From Trichoplax adhaerens (taxonomy: Eukaryota > Animalia > Placozoa): 64,000 nucleotides of DNA. Every line of letters starts with the position of its first letter. The stretch's first letter is position 1. The notes under the pieces are model-generated. The model searched no databases and was not told the origin of the DNA. It saw nothing but the letters and a program-made list of their open reading frames with translations. The position numbers were made by a program, and so were the translations under genes. Below are positions 12,043-25,885 of this stretch, one piece after another. The stretch is taken from the NCBI RefSeq assembly GCF_000150275.1, contig NW_002060948.1:558001-622000 (forward strand). The letters run 5' to 3'.

Positions 12043-14170
12043 ATTCAGGGAATTTGAACTGATTTTATAAAACGAGTTCAAAATCGTTTGAATTGAATTA
12101 CCTATGTCATGTGATTGTAGCAGCAAGTAAAGAGGTAGAAAAAGATTCAACAGTCAATAATATAACGTAAATGGTATAAAAAATCTTATAACTCGTTGAT
12201 AACTAAAAACGAAAGATTAGCTCGCTATTTAAAAAATGGAGTAAAGAAAACAGTACTGAATTCACAACCATATTGCTCCCAAGCTTGGGTAAAAAGAACG
12301 TGTCTTTCTACAGGATGGGCTAGTATCTTATTAAATAGCGTAAATAGTGATAATTTCTTATCACGTCGCTTATAATACTGAACCATATGCTTTGAATTAA
12401 GGCTAATCAATAGTTCTTTTCCTTAAATCTTATCAAATTATTTATCGATTTAGGCGGATTAACTTAATTATTTAGTGTATTTATATATAAATTTGAAGAC
12501 CTGGAGTAATTTACATATTTTTCTTACCACGAATCATATTTTCCTACCATTTCGTCGTTATTAAAGGTTATACAATTACAAAAGATGTACATACGTAAAT
12601 GTGTGACTATTATTAATACTACTGATGCCATAACTAGATATGATGACCTTCATTAATTTGAAACTAGATTTACGTTTCTTATAATAAACAACTATTAGGT
12701 CGCTAAATGTTTCTTAATTGTACACGTATATTGAATATAAATGAATCATTCATGATACAAGATTGTAAACATATTGTTTTTTCTGTTACAAGTAGATAGC
12801 ATAGTTGATATATTAATTATTCGATCGAAGTATATTTAGTACTTCTGATCTGTAAAAATAATAACCAAAAGGATTAGCTAAAGTAAGTAAAATATGAATA
12901 CTTTTTATGTTCACGGTAGAAGCTTTCTTTCGTCATAGTCCTATGCATAGATAAATGATTGCCCCATACATGTATGCGTGAGGTGCACTTCGAAATTACA
13001 AGTAAAAAGGCGTTAAAGTTCTTATAAATGTCTTTCCACATTTTCGGAAATATCGATTTTAAAAGAAGTCGATAATTAGGTGGATTAAATATATTCTTTG
13101 ATATTGTGCATAGTCAAGTTAACCGTTAGGATCAAATATTAATCTAATAAATTTATTCGATCCCGCTTTATATCTTATGTGTAATCATGCAGTAAAGTTT
13201 AAATGTCTAAATAATACGAATTGATTTATATCATTGGTCTTAGTGCAGCAAGAATGAATTTTACTAAAATTATCTTTATGTTGCACGTAGACTATCGTAA
13301 TACCGTTAGAATAATAACAGAAAAATTGAGATTGACCTTGTGTTAATTCGATTTAAGTCTACTAATATACCCAGTGTGAAAAGTATTTCTAGACTTTATA
13401 AGCGATTTTATATAAATAAGTTTAGCTAAATTATGAATAACTTAGCTTATTCTTACTTACTTTAATTAAATACACTATGAACATTGGATATTCATTGACA
13501 GAAATAGATCTTAGCCGTAACAATTTGTATAAAAGCGACATACATTAATCTATTAATAGAGCTAAATGTGTGGTCGGGTAACAGGATCATATCTTATGAT
13601 ACGTTACTTAAAATGAGATTGATAAAACTATTACCATACTAATGGTATAATGATTTGTAATCATGACAAGACTACAAGAGCACTAAAAGTAGTAAAACCT
13701 CATCCTGTCTAAATAATGTGTCATTACTATATGATGATAATAAATTAATATATGAAATAAACGGTTTTATTGTAATTAATTTCTTTGACGATATTTTCAT
13801 AAATTTCACATAAGTTAAAGTTTAAATTCGCTCGATACATAACATTACAAAGGCGAGTTAACATTTTAAAGTTAAAGTCAAAGGTGTACCAGAAAATTGA
13901 TTTAAGATAGCAAACGCTAACATCAATTTTCAAATAGCCACACAAGTCGAAAGAACATGATTATAACAGCTAATGATTTGTACTATCAAATGATACATTA
14001 AACGAAGCTTAGTAAACTTAGTAACAAAAAGTTATCTTTAACTACTGGTATGTAAGACTAAAATGACTTATTTTAGCTAATTTATAGTTTCGTACCGTTG
14101 CTTCACCAAATATGATGGCTAATAAAAGTTCATACATATGGAATAAGTATAACTGACAGTAAAGTTATTA

Positions 14171-16349
14171 TTACTGTTTTTCCTCAAACTGGGATTTATT
14201 TTTCAATAAGTAGGCGGCCGTATATTCGATAGGATTAGGTGGCCTAGATGAAATTTTAAGTATATTATTATTTACTTTAAAGGAGATATCAGCATAAATT
14301 ATTGTCCAGTATGGTTACTTTAGGTTATAGATCGCATTTCTAATTCAAGTCTTACCGTTCTTTAGCTAATGTTGATAATGCTTGCAATAAGATAGGTACC
14401 ACAGTTTGATCTAAGTAAGCTCGCGCGGGCAGGGACTGCAAATCTACTTTCTGTTTAACCGGCTTTTCAATAGCTTCTTTCTCACCAGCTACAACTCTCT
14501 GTTAACATTTTGATTCTTAGTATCGGATGGAATCATAAAAATTTTCGAGCATATTAAACAGACTTACTAAGACATTCGAACTTAATCCTAGTTCAGCATG
14601 TATCGGTTCAGTAGGAAGCTAAGGAGTAAACATTTAAGAGACTAGTTCTTAATTTTCAAATAAATAGGATTGGATAAAAGCTAGAACTACAAGCAAGATC
14701 TGCTGGCATTTTAAATTATCTTATGATAGCATGATATTTGTTGATATGCTAAAGATGACAACTGGGCTTATTTAGGGTTAATTATGTTAGGAAAGTAAAT
14801 GATGATTTACAAGATATTATCTTGCTATAGTGTTGTTGACTTCAGAAAACATTTTATAGCAATCTTACCTCAGTTCCATCATTATTTGCTGGTGTGGCTG
14901 ATAAATTCTCTATAATAATGAAATATTGAATTATCGCGTGTGAGTAGTAGTGAATTTATCCATTCTATCATGAATTATATTAGGCTAAGGTAAAAAGTTA
15001 AGATAACCCCAATACTTTCTTTGCTAGTGTAGATGATTGATTCTCCATAATGATGAAATATTGAATTATCTCTTGATGAATCGTAACAAAACCATCAATC
15101 GTATCACGAATTATGTTAGGTTAAAGTAAAAGTTTAAGACAACATCAATGCTCTCTTTGCTGGTATAGTCGATAGATTCTCCATAATGATGAAATATTAA
15201 ATTATTTCTTAACGAATTATAACAAAATCATTCATTGTATCATGAACTATGTTAGGGCAAAGTAAAAAGTCAAGACGATCCCACTACTATCCTGAAGGAG
15301 GATGAATAGAGAAGTAGTCTACTACTTCGGATAAAGTTTCATCTTGGTAACACTATACGCATACTATAAAGCGTAAAGAAATAACTAGTCATCCATTCTA
15401 TCATGAAATATACTAGATTAAGGTAAAAGTCAGGGCGAGCCATGCAAAAAGATACCATCATTGGCGTTTACGTAGAGCGGATAGAAATTACAAATGATCG
15501 AATATATGATGAAACATATTGGACTAAGGTAAAAAGTTAGGACGATTCATGCGGAAATACTATCAATAGCATGTATGTAAAGCCACAGAAATAGATCATT
15601 GATATAGAGTGAAATATACGAGACTAGGTAAATACTTTACTATCATTGGGGGTATATGAACAGAGTGATGATCCATTGCGTCCACTAGAGGTTTCATTTT
15701 GAGAGCAGTATACAGTATATTGTCAATGGGAGAGAATATGTACATGATTTCTGTTGTCAATTCTAGCTTTAGTAAATCATACGTAGTAAAATATAGTATT
15801 GAGTTTAGTTGTACACTACTAGAAAAGCTATATTGTTATTTTCTACTGGTTCACAGTATGCTTGTAGCAAGGCTTTTACAGTAGCATGTCCTTCAGTAAT
15901 GCGAGTGAGTGTTCGTCCTTTTCCTGTTCAATAAGTTAACACTAACATCACTTGACTATAATAAGATATCTAGCACATCTACCTCGCTAGCTATTACTCT
16001 ATATAAAGAACTGAATTGAGTAAATAGATGAAAGGCTTGGATAACGACCATTTAAGGTAAATCATATAGCAGTGCTTAGATGAAGTCTATCAATGTTGAT
16101 TGCAGTTGATGTACAGTAGTAACCACCATTCGTACATTTTATGATCAATGAACAAGTTGGACGTGTAATCTACTAGTTCTACTTAAATGCAGCTATTTTA
16201 AAGCTATTACTATGAAATTAGATTAACCCACGATATCAAATAAGTGCATTGATCTCCTTTAATCATTAAAGGAATAACATCAACTTGTTCCAGAGCTCAA
16301 AATCCAAGCTACATTTGCTATTGTTGATATTCTTACCTGCATCCGCCAT
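14171..16349 (-). CDS. DPY30: Protein dpy-30 homolog (COMPASS/MLL subunit), 5 coding exons; absent from the ORF track
   Basis: Exons 16349-16337, 14909-14869, 14618-14568, 14498-14356 and 14243-14171 join in frame with GT-AG introns: [106 protein letters not shown]. Confidence 0.97.
14885..15630. repeat. Degenerate ~135-bp tandem repeat (3 full plus ~3 partial copies) in DPY30 intron 1, overlapping the exon 2 acceptor
   Basis: tttgct(g/a)gt...ttctc(t/c)ataat.atgaaatatt.aattat...tatca.gaa.tat.ttagg..aa.gtaaaa recurs at ~14885, ~15020 and ~15156. Partial copies lie near 15390, 15510 and 15610. Confidence 0.85.
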
Positions 16350-17683
16350 CTTGTTAGATCGATCACTAAGGCACGTGGACAAAATTGGCCAATGGTAGTG
16401 GTGTGGATCATGTGATAATTCATCCTTTGCCTATTGGTCCACTTGTACCTTACACGGATGTCGCTTTTGTAAGTATGTTGTAGACGATTGTATGGTACAA
16501 TACTGTACAGTATGTTACCTACAGTACTGTACACTGTACACTGTACAGTGTACAGTAGTGACGCAGATGTAGAGTCCGAGTGCAGTGGTTCAAGAGCGCT
16601 CCACTTGCTCAATTCAAAGAGGGCTGAATGTGACATTGCTTTTGCACAGTGCACTTACAGTACATCAAGAATAATTTCAGTGACTAAAACAGCGATATTG
16701 TAGTACAGTATACCGTACAGTCGGAAAAGTGTAGTGAGAACGAAAACACTTAATGCTGCTGAAATGATGTCATTTCTGCTTTCCATCTCTGGTTTCAGTT
16801 GAGAGGACTGAGAGGGAGGAGTGCTTTAGAGGCCATTTTTACAGAGTCCAGCCTAATACTCTACCCGCTACTGCATAGGGTCAACTTGGATCAGCTTCTT
16901 TATAGAGAGAGAGAGAGCTGGAAATGCAAGCGGAGAGTAATCAAAAAGAGTACGAAAGATCATCACCTAGACAAGATTTGATGTCACTTTTACTACTCAG
17001 CCGGTAGCTACAGCAATCAATCATGCTTCTAGCAGTCCCTGATATCAATCGCCATGCACAGTAAATTAATACGCTCGTGTTGGGACAATAAACGAATGCT
17101 TTATTGAACGCTAGCTAAGCATTTTAGCTACGTCAGTAGCTCCGTAATGTTGATAAGGTAACTACGCAATGTATTCAACAGGCTCGATCAGATGGGCAGT
17201 GGACGAGCATCCAGTTTACACTCAATCTGCTCCTGACACCTTCCTCGCAGACTGATCTAGGCTAAATACGAAAACCTGACAAGTCTGCTACACACTGTGC
17301 TTTCAGTCTAACACAGAACGATCAGCGACACGATTCATAAGCTGGAATAAAATCATGCCAGATCCGCTAGTGCATTAGAAGTCGGGTTGGGTTAGAAGGT
17401 TGACGACGTCATTTTAATATACTTTCCCCACATAGTAAGCAAAACGTATGACGCCCCTGGTACCTAGTACTCATCAACACTCTGAACAGGTGTAGTTGCA
17501 GCACTCAGGGACTCTTGGGCGCCAGTTTTGCTTTGAATAAAAATTGACTGTACTGTACCATTCACTCCTAAAATTCTAGGCTCCACTATGCAAGCGAAGC
17601 GCTATTGAAAAAAAAGGAGTAGTCCATGCTGCTACAGTACCAAGTCGGTCGATCATGATATCATAGTCGATTTACGGTACTAC

Positions 17684-18460
17684 ACCGTATCAAACCGTAT
17701 CGGCAGTACACAGATACAGTATAGTATAGGATTGCCATCGAATTGTACAATAGAAGACGGGGTGAGCACAGTCTTTTGCTTCTACTCCTGCGCCTGGTAC
17801 TGTAGCCATCGGAGAGTCAGTGTCCTGTCAGTCACCCCTGCCACTGGGTGACACTGGTGAGTGGATTTTTCCTTAGAAACCGTATCAAACGCTATCGATA
17901 GTACTGTACAGTGTACAGTAGAAGATGGGGTGACCACAGTCTTTTGCTTCTACTCCTGCGCCTGGTACTGTAGCCATCGGAGAGTCAGTGTCCTGTCAGT
18001 CACCCCTGCCACTGGGTGACACTGGTGAGTGGATTTTTCCTTAGAAACCGTATCAAACGCTATCGATAGTACTGTACAGTGTACAGTAGAAGACGGGGTG
18101 ACCACAGTCTTTTGCTTCTACTCCTGCGCCTGGTACTGTAGCCATCGGAGAGTCAGTGTCCTGTCAGTCACCCCTGCCACTGGGTGACACTGGTGAGAGG
18201 ATTTTTCCTTAGAAACCGTATCAAACGCTATCGATAGTATACAGATACTACTGTACAGGGTCTGTATATTGTATAGGATAGGATCGCCATCGAATTGTAC
18301 TGTACATACTGTACTGTACTGTACAGTGTACAGTAGAAGACGGGGCGACCACAGTCTTTTGCTTCTACTCCTGCGCCTGGTACTGTAGCCATCGGAGAGT
18401 CAGTGTCCTGTCAGTCACCCCTGCCACTGCCTGACTGGTGAGTGGATTTTTCCTTAGAAA
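17684..18460. repeat. Four-copy GC-rich tandem array (~128-bp near-identical core; periods 168, 168, 247) ending ~100 bp upstream of the SNX6 ATG
   Basis: The core agaaga(c/t)gggg...cacagtcttttgcttctactcctgcgcctggtactgtagccatcggagagtcagtgtcctgtcagtcacccctgccactg...ggatttttccttagaaa starts at 17752, 17920, 18088 and 18335. Confidence 0.97.
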
Positions 18461-18557
18461 GAGGCTGCAAAAAATTGTCGCTTTCACTGAAGATTCACTG
18501 AGGATTCGCCGAATTTGACTCCCATATCCACAGAAAGGAGTGCCACAACAGGCAAAA

Positions 18558-21500
18558 ATGATGGTTTGTATTTTAGAAATGGAGGGATAGACATATCTTG
18601 TCCATGAATTCTTCTTTATTACGTTAATAGTTGAACAATTATTGCCAAGATTGACTATTAATTTAGTTCAAGATAGTTTGATAGAGTAGTACCGGTGCAG
18701 ATTGGAGTTTTTTGGACGCGCCAGTAGCGCGCCTGTAACAGTCGTCTTGAGAAATAGCTTACACTATAGCCATTAGGCTTCTGGATAGTGATGCAACCAT
18801 GCAGTTGATCATGGGACAAATTGCTTGCGGGTGATCTATTTTCAATCCGAAAGAAATAGCAAGTTATAAAGCCATCATTGGATTAGCATGAATCTTAACA
18901 AATCTTACTGTTCTACGACGTGTAGGCTGCCATACTTTATAGGAAGATTGAATAGTGCTACAGATTATCACATTATCATACCATAGTGTAGCGTTATTGG
19001 TTCATGTAGACTACTATTCTACCCTATAAAATCGACAGCATTTTATCCAGGTAATGAACTGCATGCAGATCGGTCAACATGGTATAAAAAGCGAGCCATT
19101 TCATAACCGTAATGCTCAAAATACTTCACAATATAGTAGTTGCACTCTTATTCTACTTATTTTAAGGTATGCAACAACCTAGACTTGCATCTGTTGCAAA
19201 AAAATGGAAAAAAAAACCCACTTGACGAGACAGTCGATGACACACACCCTTCATCAATGAATTAATTAATATTGCCTAGCGCCCTGGATAGAATTCGGCT
19301 TTAGTCGAGAACCATCAAATGTACACTTAGAATAGAGTACAAAACCACGACGTTTCCCAAATAGTTCTGCTATCAAGAGGATCAATGGCTCGATTCATAA
19401 GTCAACTATCCATTAGAAAGGAGATGAAATACTTGATTCTTCTTCTTCTTACCGATAGACAGTATATTGTACCATCACTACTACCCGCATGCAATTGCAT
19501 GCAACGATCTTAGTTGTCATGCCATGAACAATAATAACTACAAAGCGTAAATTATCATCACTAGCATGGTATCAATCTAATTAGTCAACATTATAATAAA
19601 GTGATAATAAGCACATTGAGGTAAATCACCAACAGTAGATTGAGATCATGAATTCTCTTTTGTGCATCGTTTTCGTAATTGCACGCTGTGCTTGACGTAC
19701 AGTACATACTCACAGTTAATAAAGTACATACAAGTCTCTCCTAGTAATCTCCATATTTTGCCTCGTATGTCTGATATTTTGCTTATTATCATCATATTTG
19801 GATCATTTTAAATTTAGGAAGGAGCTGACGATATTGATTTGAATGCTGATGGAATGGAAGAGGTTCATCAAATCTCAAAAGATGTTTGTCCTACTTATTA
19901 ATACTAACTGAAAATATTGTCCAGTTTATTTTTAACCATATCGATCGGACAAATAGATTTTAGCTATGATAATGATCTTGTCAGAAGAAGTATAATGTTA
20001 GAATTAAATATACAACTATACTTTATTCGTATTGTCAAATCGAACCTGTTTATACACTGCCTATACGAATAGAAACGCGTGTTCTCATCACTAATGCAGT
20101 AGTCGTGTAATTAGGAATCGATGGCAATATATCCTAGTTGTATGTTAACCTATCGTGAATCTTTCACACAAATACACAGTTTGCAATAACAAGTAAAATA
20201 ACGAGTTAGATCATTTCAGCTTTGATACCACGCATCAATTACAAAACCTCCTTGCTCATTTGCCAACATTAAACAAGCGTCAAAATCCATTCATCTCTAC
20301 TAACATAATTAATGCCAATCAAAATTTGCATTGACAATAATTTTAGTCGTATGTAATTCTTAAGTTCTTATGTTAATACCTGATAATTGATTTCAACTAT
20401 TTTTAGGATCGCTCACAAACGATTGATCTTTCATCTGAAGCTTGCCTTGTCATTGAAATTTCAGACGCGTTAAGCGAACGTGATAAAGTTAAATTTACTA
20501 TTCACACACGGGTAAGAGACATCCGCGCTTGTTCAGGCTTTACTGTTTTGTTTTTCCATTGAAATAAGACAAAACGAGCTTATAAATTGAGAAAATTCAT
20601 GATTTTGATTTAATTTGAGCTTTATGAACGTTATGCAGCGGTAAATGGAATAACTTTCTACCTTTCTGACCTAACTATCAAACTTTTTTGAATATGTTCT
20701 TTTGAAAGACATCACATCGCTACACCGTATTTACTATACCGTATATTGGAATTTTAAGGACTTACAATAACGATTGATGTAATCTTTCAAACTAACAGCT
20801 TGTAAATTCATAAAAAAAGCTCTACATTCTACTTCGTAACGGTTAAGTACTGTCTTCGTTTAATCCATTCGATTGTCAATTTCTGGCAATAGCTGATTTT
20901 TTCTGACTAATTTTCAACTTTTACTAGTCATATTACTATTAAAAGCAAATAATTTTTGTTCCGTAGGATAGATAGCATTATTTGTTAGAGTTAGTGTTAC
21001 TATTGAGGAAGTGGTCACACCTAACATTGCCAAAAACGTCGGAATTATAGATTAAAGAGCAACGATTAAATAATAACATGTTGCTACTTTAGTAAACGTC
21101 TATTATCGGCAATTATTAAAGTGTCGAATACCAAACTTGAGAGTAATTGTAAAATATCTAATACCATTTCTTTTCTCTACACACCTTTTAGACGACGCTG
21201 CCTGAATTTAAATTGCATGATTTCAGCGTTACTCGCGATCATGAAGAGTTTATTTGGTTGTATGATCGCTATCAAGATAACGAAAATCTTGAAGCTTATA
21301 TCGTATGTAGTCTATGTAATTAATCGCTGTAATTTTGTTAAGATATTTTCTTTATTTTTTGGGTTTATCCTCAGATCTATGAATACTGCTTACAATTAAC
21401 GATCTAATTTTTACCAAACTCATAAGATTCCTCACCCACCTCCTAAGCCCGACTTTGACACTGCCAGGGAAAAATTGCAAAGATTAGGAGAAAGTGAAGG

Positions 21501-23621
21501 GGTTCTAACCAAAGAAGAATTTGATAAGATGAAACAAGAGCTGGAAGCGTAAGTATACGCGTATTACATACACAATAGATAATTTCACAGGTCTATCTAA
21601 TGTATATTAAAATGCACTATATTACACACCATTATATACTCATTTATAGTGAATATCTTGCTACCTTTAAAAAAACCGTCGCCATGCACGAGTTATTCCT
21701 GACGCGTTTAGCCTCTCATAGCGTATTACGGAACGATTCCAATTTTAGAGTATTTCTTGAATATAACGGCGATGTAAGTATCTTAGTTTATATATTTTTC
21801 ACATTTTATCCGTTGTTTCGCAGTGATCTATAGATAAAGAATTAATTAATTCTGCATTGATCTCTCCGTAGCTAAATGTAAGATTGAAGAATAGGAAAGA
21901 GAAGCTTGGAAGTTTCTTTAAAGTATTGACCAAGTCTGTTGATGAAGTACTTACGTCAAGTCATAAGGCAAGTATCTATTATTACTTTTAAAAACTGCTT
22001 TGAAGGCTTTTCGTCTCCGTAATGGAGTAAGTTTCTACTTAAATTTTCATGTAGTCTTCTAAAGCTAGTACTGTAATCTAAATATGCGTTTGGAAACTAA
22101 GTATGAATTGCATCATTACGGATTTAAACCTATAGGATGCAGACGATTTCTTTGAAAACGAAAAACGTTTTTTGGTTGATTATCATACCAGGTTTGATAT
22201 CATTCAGTTTCATTTATACTCTTACAGACGATTAAGAAAAGTTCGTAGTCTCTAATTGAACTAAACCTTTCTTCAAATTAATACACAACCATATAACAAA
22301 TGAAATACTACTTAATGTTAGGGTGAAAGAGGCACTGAAAGCGTCTGATAAAATGACTATTTCCCACAAAGGTATCCTCCAGTTATATGCGATTGTAATT
22401 TGTAGTATACCAAAAAAATTGATTTTTTCGATAATCATAATTATAAATTAGTAACGTTAGTTTACGTAACAATTCAGGCACTGCCGGCTGTTACCTAAGT
22501 ATTGGCTCTGCAACAAATCAAATGGGGACTTCTGAACCAACTAGCCTTAATAAGTGAGTCCTGTAAAATTTTATATTACTTTTACCTCATGTTGCTACTT
22601 GTAATCATTAATAGATGGACGAAAATTTTCTGTATCTAAATATAGATTCTTAAGTCGATTTGGTGGGCTAATAGAAAAATATCGCGTAAGTATACATTTA
22701 ATATCTTAATGGTATGGTATTGTTTATAACAGATAAAAAATAAAAGTAACTATATGAATTTTATTAATTCTATTATGCTAGCCAAAAATTTCATTTATAA
22801 TATTGTTTACAGAAAATTGATAATCGTGTAGTTGCTGATGAAGACCTGAAATTGTCGGACATTTTACGTTATTATGCACGAGATCTTTCCTCAGCCAAAG
22901 TACGCCAAATGAATATAGGATTCATTATCGATTAATTCTGAAGAATTGTAATATCGGATATCAAAGCAAGCTCGATCGTGATAATGGTTTCTCTGTTATT
23001 GTTAATGATAGGATCTATTGTATCGTCGATCTCGATGCGTATCAAGCTATGAAAATGCAAATAAGGGGTTAGAGAAGGCAAGAAACAAAAATAAGGATGT
23101 GCAAACGGTAAGTGATGGTAATGTAATCATTTAATTGCTAATGAAACACACTGTAATGTGTAATCTTATTTGTAGGCTGAAAAGGTACAACAAGCTGCTC
23201 GTGAAAAGTTTGAAAACATGTCAGAAATAGCTAAGCAGGGTAAGTTAAATATAAATCAACTTTCGCATATTTGACCTATGTAAATTGATATCGATATTAT
23301 TTCGAACTTTAGAACTACTCGACTTTAAGCAAAAGAGGGTTACAGCGTTTAAGAGAAATCTAGTAAGTTACCGTACTTTTATTAAATTTATTTTTATGCG
23401 ATGCAGTAATAGTTACAATTTATAATTCATTTATTTTTTCAACAGTCTGAACTGGCAGAGTTAGAATTAAAGCACGCAAAGGTACTCCCTTATAGCACCG
23501 AATTTTGCTATTCAAAATAAATAAATTACAATTCTTTACTTTTAATACTTTTTTAATGTTTAATTAGATTGCTGCTCAGTTATTCCGAAATACGATCAGT
23601 GCTTTGAAAGAAATTGCCTAG
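18558..23621 (+). CDS. SNX6: Sorting nexin 5/6/32 family (PX-BAR), about 15 exons
   Basis: MM/EGADD.../..[35 protein letters not shown]../[52 protein letters not shown]../DEDLKLSD../[14 protein letters not shown] at 23619-23621. The 6-nt first exon (ATGATG|GT) is the least certain part. Confidence 0.95.
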
Positions 23622-25351
23622 CAGTTTGGACGTTAAACCACTAGAGGAAACCTTTTTATTTCACTAAAGTGTAGAATAGAGTTACATTATATTATGTATA
23701 GAAAAGTATAACTTGATAGATTTGTATGCATTGTTTATCAGTACGAACTGACTGATTTCGTTAGGTTATCTTTAAAAAATTGGCGTTCTTACATCAATGT
23801 AACACTGATTTTATAGTATACGTACATCTGGTAAATACATTACTTAATCTCGCGTATTGGTTAACAAGCTCATTTTATTCTCTTACCAAGAAAGATCGAT
23901 TATGCATGCTGCGCTTGTTTTAGTCTTTATTACACGTATATTATGATAATGACGAATGCCTTATGCAGTCATTTAAGTAGTATTGTGTAAGAAATATATA
24001 ACTATTTGATTACCATTGATTATATACTTATTAATCAAAATCAATTGTTGACAACTTGTCGTAGTGTAAAGTCTTATTCAGTCAGTTGAATTATTGGTAT
24101 CTTACCAACCCAATTATAGTGACTAATGCTACAAATTGTAGTGGTAATAGTACAATTATGCTTTCGTTTATAAACTCTTTGCAAAGATATGACATTGTCA
24201 AATAAAGTATGATTATTTTACATATAATTAATAGGTACTATAACTTCATGTTTACAACTCTACAATTGCGATATGCTTATTTTTCATACGTGATATAATA
24301 CTGTTGTAATATTATTTCAATATAGTTAAGGTAGGGTTAGTAATCCTTTCGCAGAGATTATTCTTATGAAATTGGTACTTTGATACATTATCAAATTATT
24401 AACCATGTGTCACCTAATCTCTTCAATATAAATTAGAAAGACATCTTATCTCATGTCTATTTATTCTTGTTTATATCGAAATAACCTATAGTGCACCGAC
24501 TGATTTATGCTCATTACTTAATTAGTTTTGTAGCGAGTAAAGATACGTAGTACTACGGTAACAAAAGCAAAAGTATTAGCATCACATATTCTTGGAATAC
24601 TATAATTAATAAATATTAGGGGGTGAAAAATGATAGGTCTAAGTCCAAATATACCAGCTTGTACCCGTATGTTATTCAAAATAATATGTTCGTGTAATTT
24701 TGGTAGTGCAGTCGTAAAAATCTTACGTATCCCTAATTTTACATTATTTCTTTAAAAAAACGAAGCAATTACAGGAATAGATTTCTTCACGTACAGTAGT
24801 ATAGTGAATTCAACATAATTAGAGTATACTAGAAAATAACATGACAACTTACGATGATATACGAGTATTATACGGTCACTTAAGCCATTCGAAAATTGTC
24901 TCATGTAGTACCAGTTTTTGATCATAGTATCCAATTATCTGTGTAATTTCTTAACAGGAAACAACATTTACGCATAAAATTTATCTCGCTTACTTTCCCT
25001 GATGCTTAAAATCGCTATTGGCGCATCTTATAATCACAATATAACCCAAACCTCAATGCAACATTCAAACACTGTGTAATACTACTATGGATTAGCTCCA
25101 GGTTTCATGTCCACTGTTTGAAATCACCAGTATGCAAAGGTAGCTAAGGATTAAATTGTTAAGCTTATAAGCCAAGGGACAGTTCAATCGACGTAATAGA
25201 AGCTCAATTGCTCTAAAATATATTACGTAATGAATCCTTTCCATCTTGTATTACAACTACCGATTACTATAAACTAACTAGAGACCGTAATCCAGTAGTG
25301 AACACCTGATTGTATACTGTATAATGACAGCGTTAATAGGGTTTCTATAGC

Positions 25352-25365
25352 GTTGTTATGGCGAC
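25352..25365. promoter_or_regulatory. RFX X-box-like site upstream of the CCDC175-like gene
   Basis: gttgttatggcgac compared with consensus GTTRCCATGGYAAC. Confidence 0.55.
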
Positions 25366-25885
25366 AGCCCACTTAAAATTTCTATCAAGCCCTGTTCTAC
25401 CACTGAACAATTATACAGAGCCAATATAGCTTACAAGCAGTAACTCTAGTATAAATACCTTCTAATAAGCTATTGGTATTAGTCATTCCCATGAAGATAA
25501 ACACCAAGTCCTTTAGTGGAGGAATATCAGTGAAACGATTAGACTCATCCATTAATAACTTCCATAGTAGTCATCTATTATTAATACACAACTATAGGTG
25601 AAATAGCTGCAAATAGTTTTATATATAGTATAGCAAATTAGTTAACGTTAAGATCGGATGCACTGTTAAAAGAAATCGAAATTTATCATATAAGAGCTTG
25701 GTTTTATAGAAGACGCAGTCATTAATTAAACCCATTTCTACATATCCTATAGTATATACAAAGAGCATCACCAGAGTAAACAAATTCTATTTAAGCATAC
25801 TTAGTCAGCGCTCCTTCCCTGACTATCAGTTGAAGAGATTTACCTCCTAGGCTTGGCAGAGTAGTGATCATTTGCAATAGACATC

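Noticed and set aside
16280-16703. ORFs with YSTV/TVLY/VQY-rich translations (also 1400-1591, 42829-43236, 52359-52592)
   Set aside because: Translations of the TACTGTACAGTA promoter palindromes rather than proteins.
17384-17396. Telomerase RNA template (ctaacccaaccc on the minus strand)
   Set aside because: It is not a 1.5x TTAGGG template, and I found no pseudoknot U/A tracts or P6.1-like hairpin.
17820-17880. Spliced-leader RNA or 7SK identity for the array unit
   Set aside because: The donor-like and Sm-like motifs are directly adjacent, the Sm site is imperfect (gatttttcc), and the resemblance to 7SK is only a few bases.
17752-18460. CRISPR-like repeat-spacer array
   Set aside because: The repeats are ~128 bp, the linkers are copies of each other rather than unique spacers, there are no cas genes, and the context is eukaryotic.
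20568-20645. Mutually exclusive duplicate of the SNX6 PX exon
   Set aside because: Only faint similarity (catgattt, tatga.cg.tat), with stops in the relevant frames; could be chance.
22372-22477. U12-type intron in SNX6 (GTATCCTCC donor)
   Set aside because: The donor deviates from GTATCCTT, and there is no TCCTTAAC-like branch point near the acceptor.
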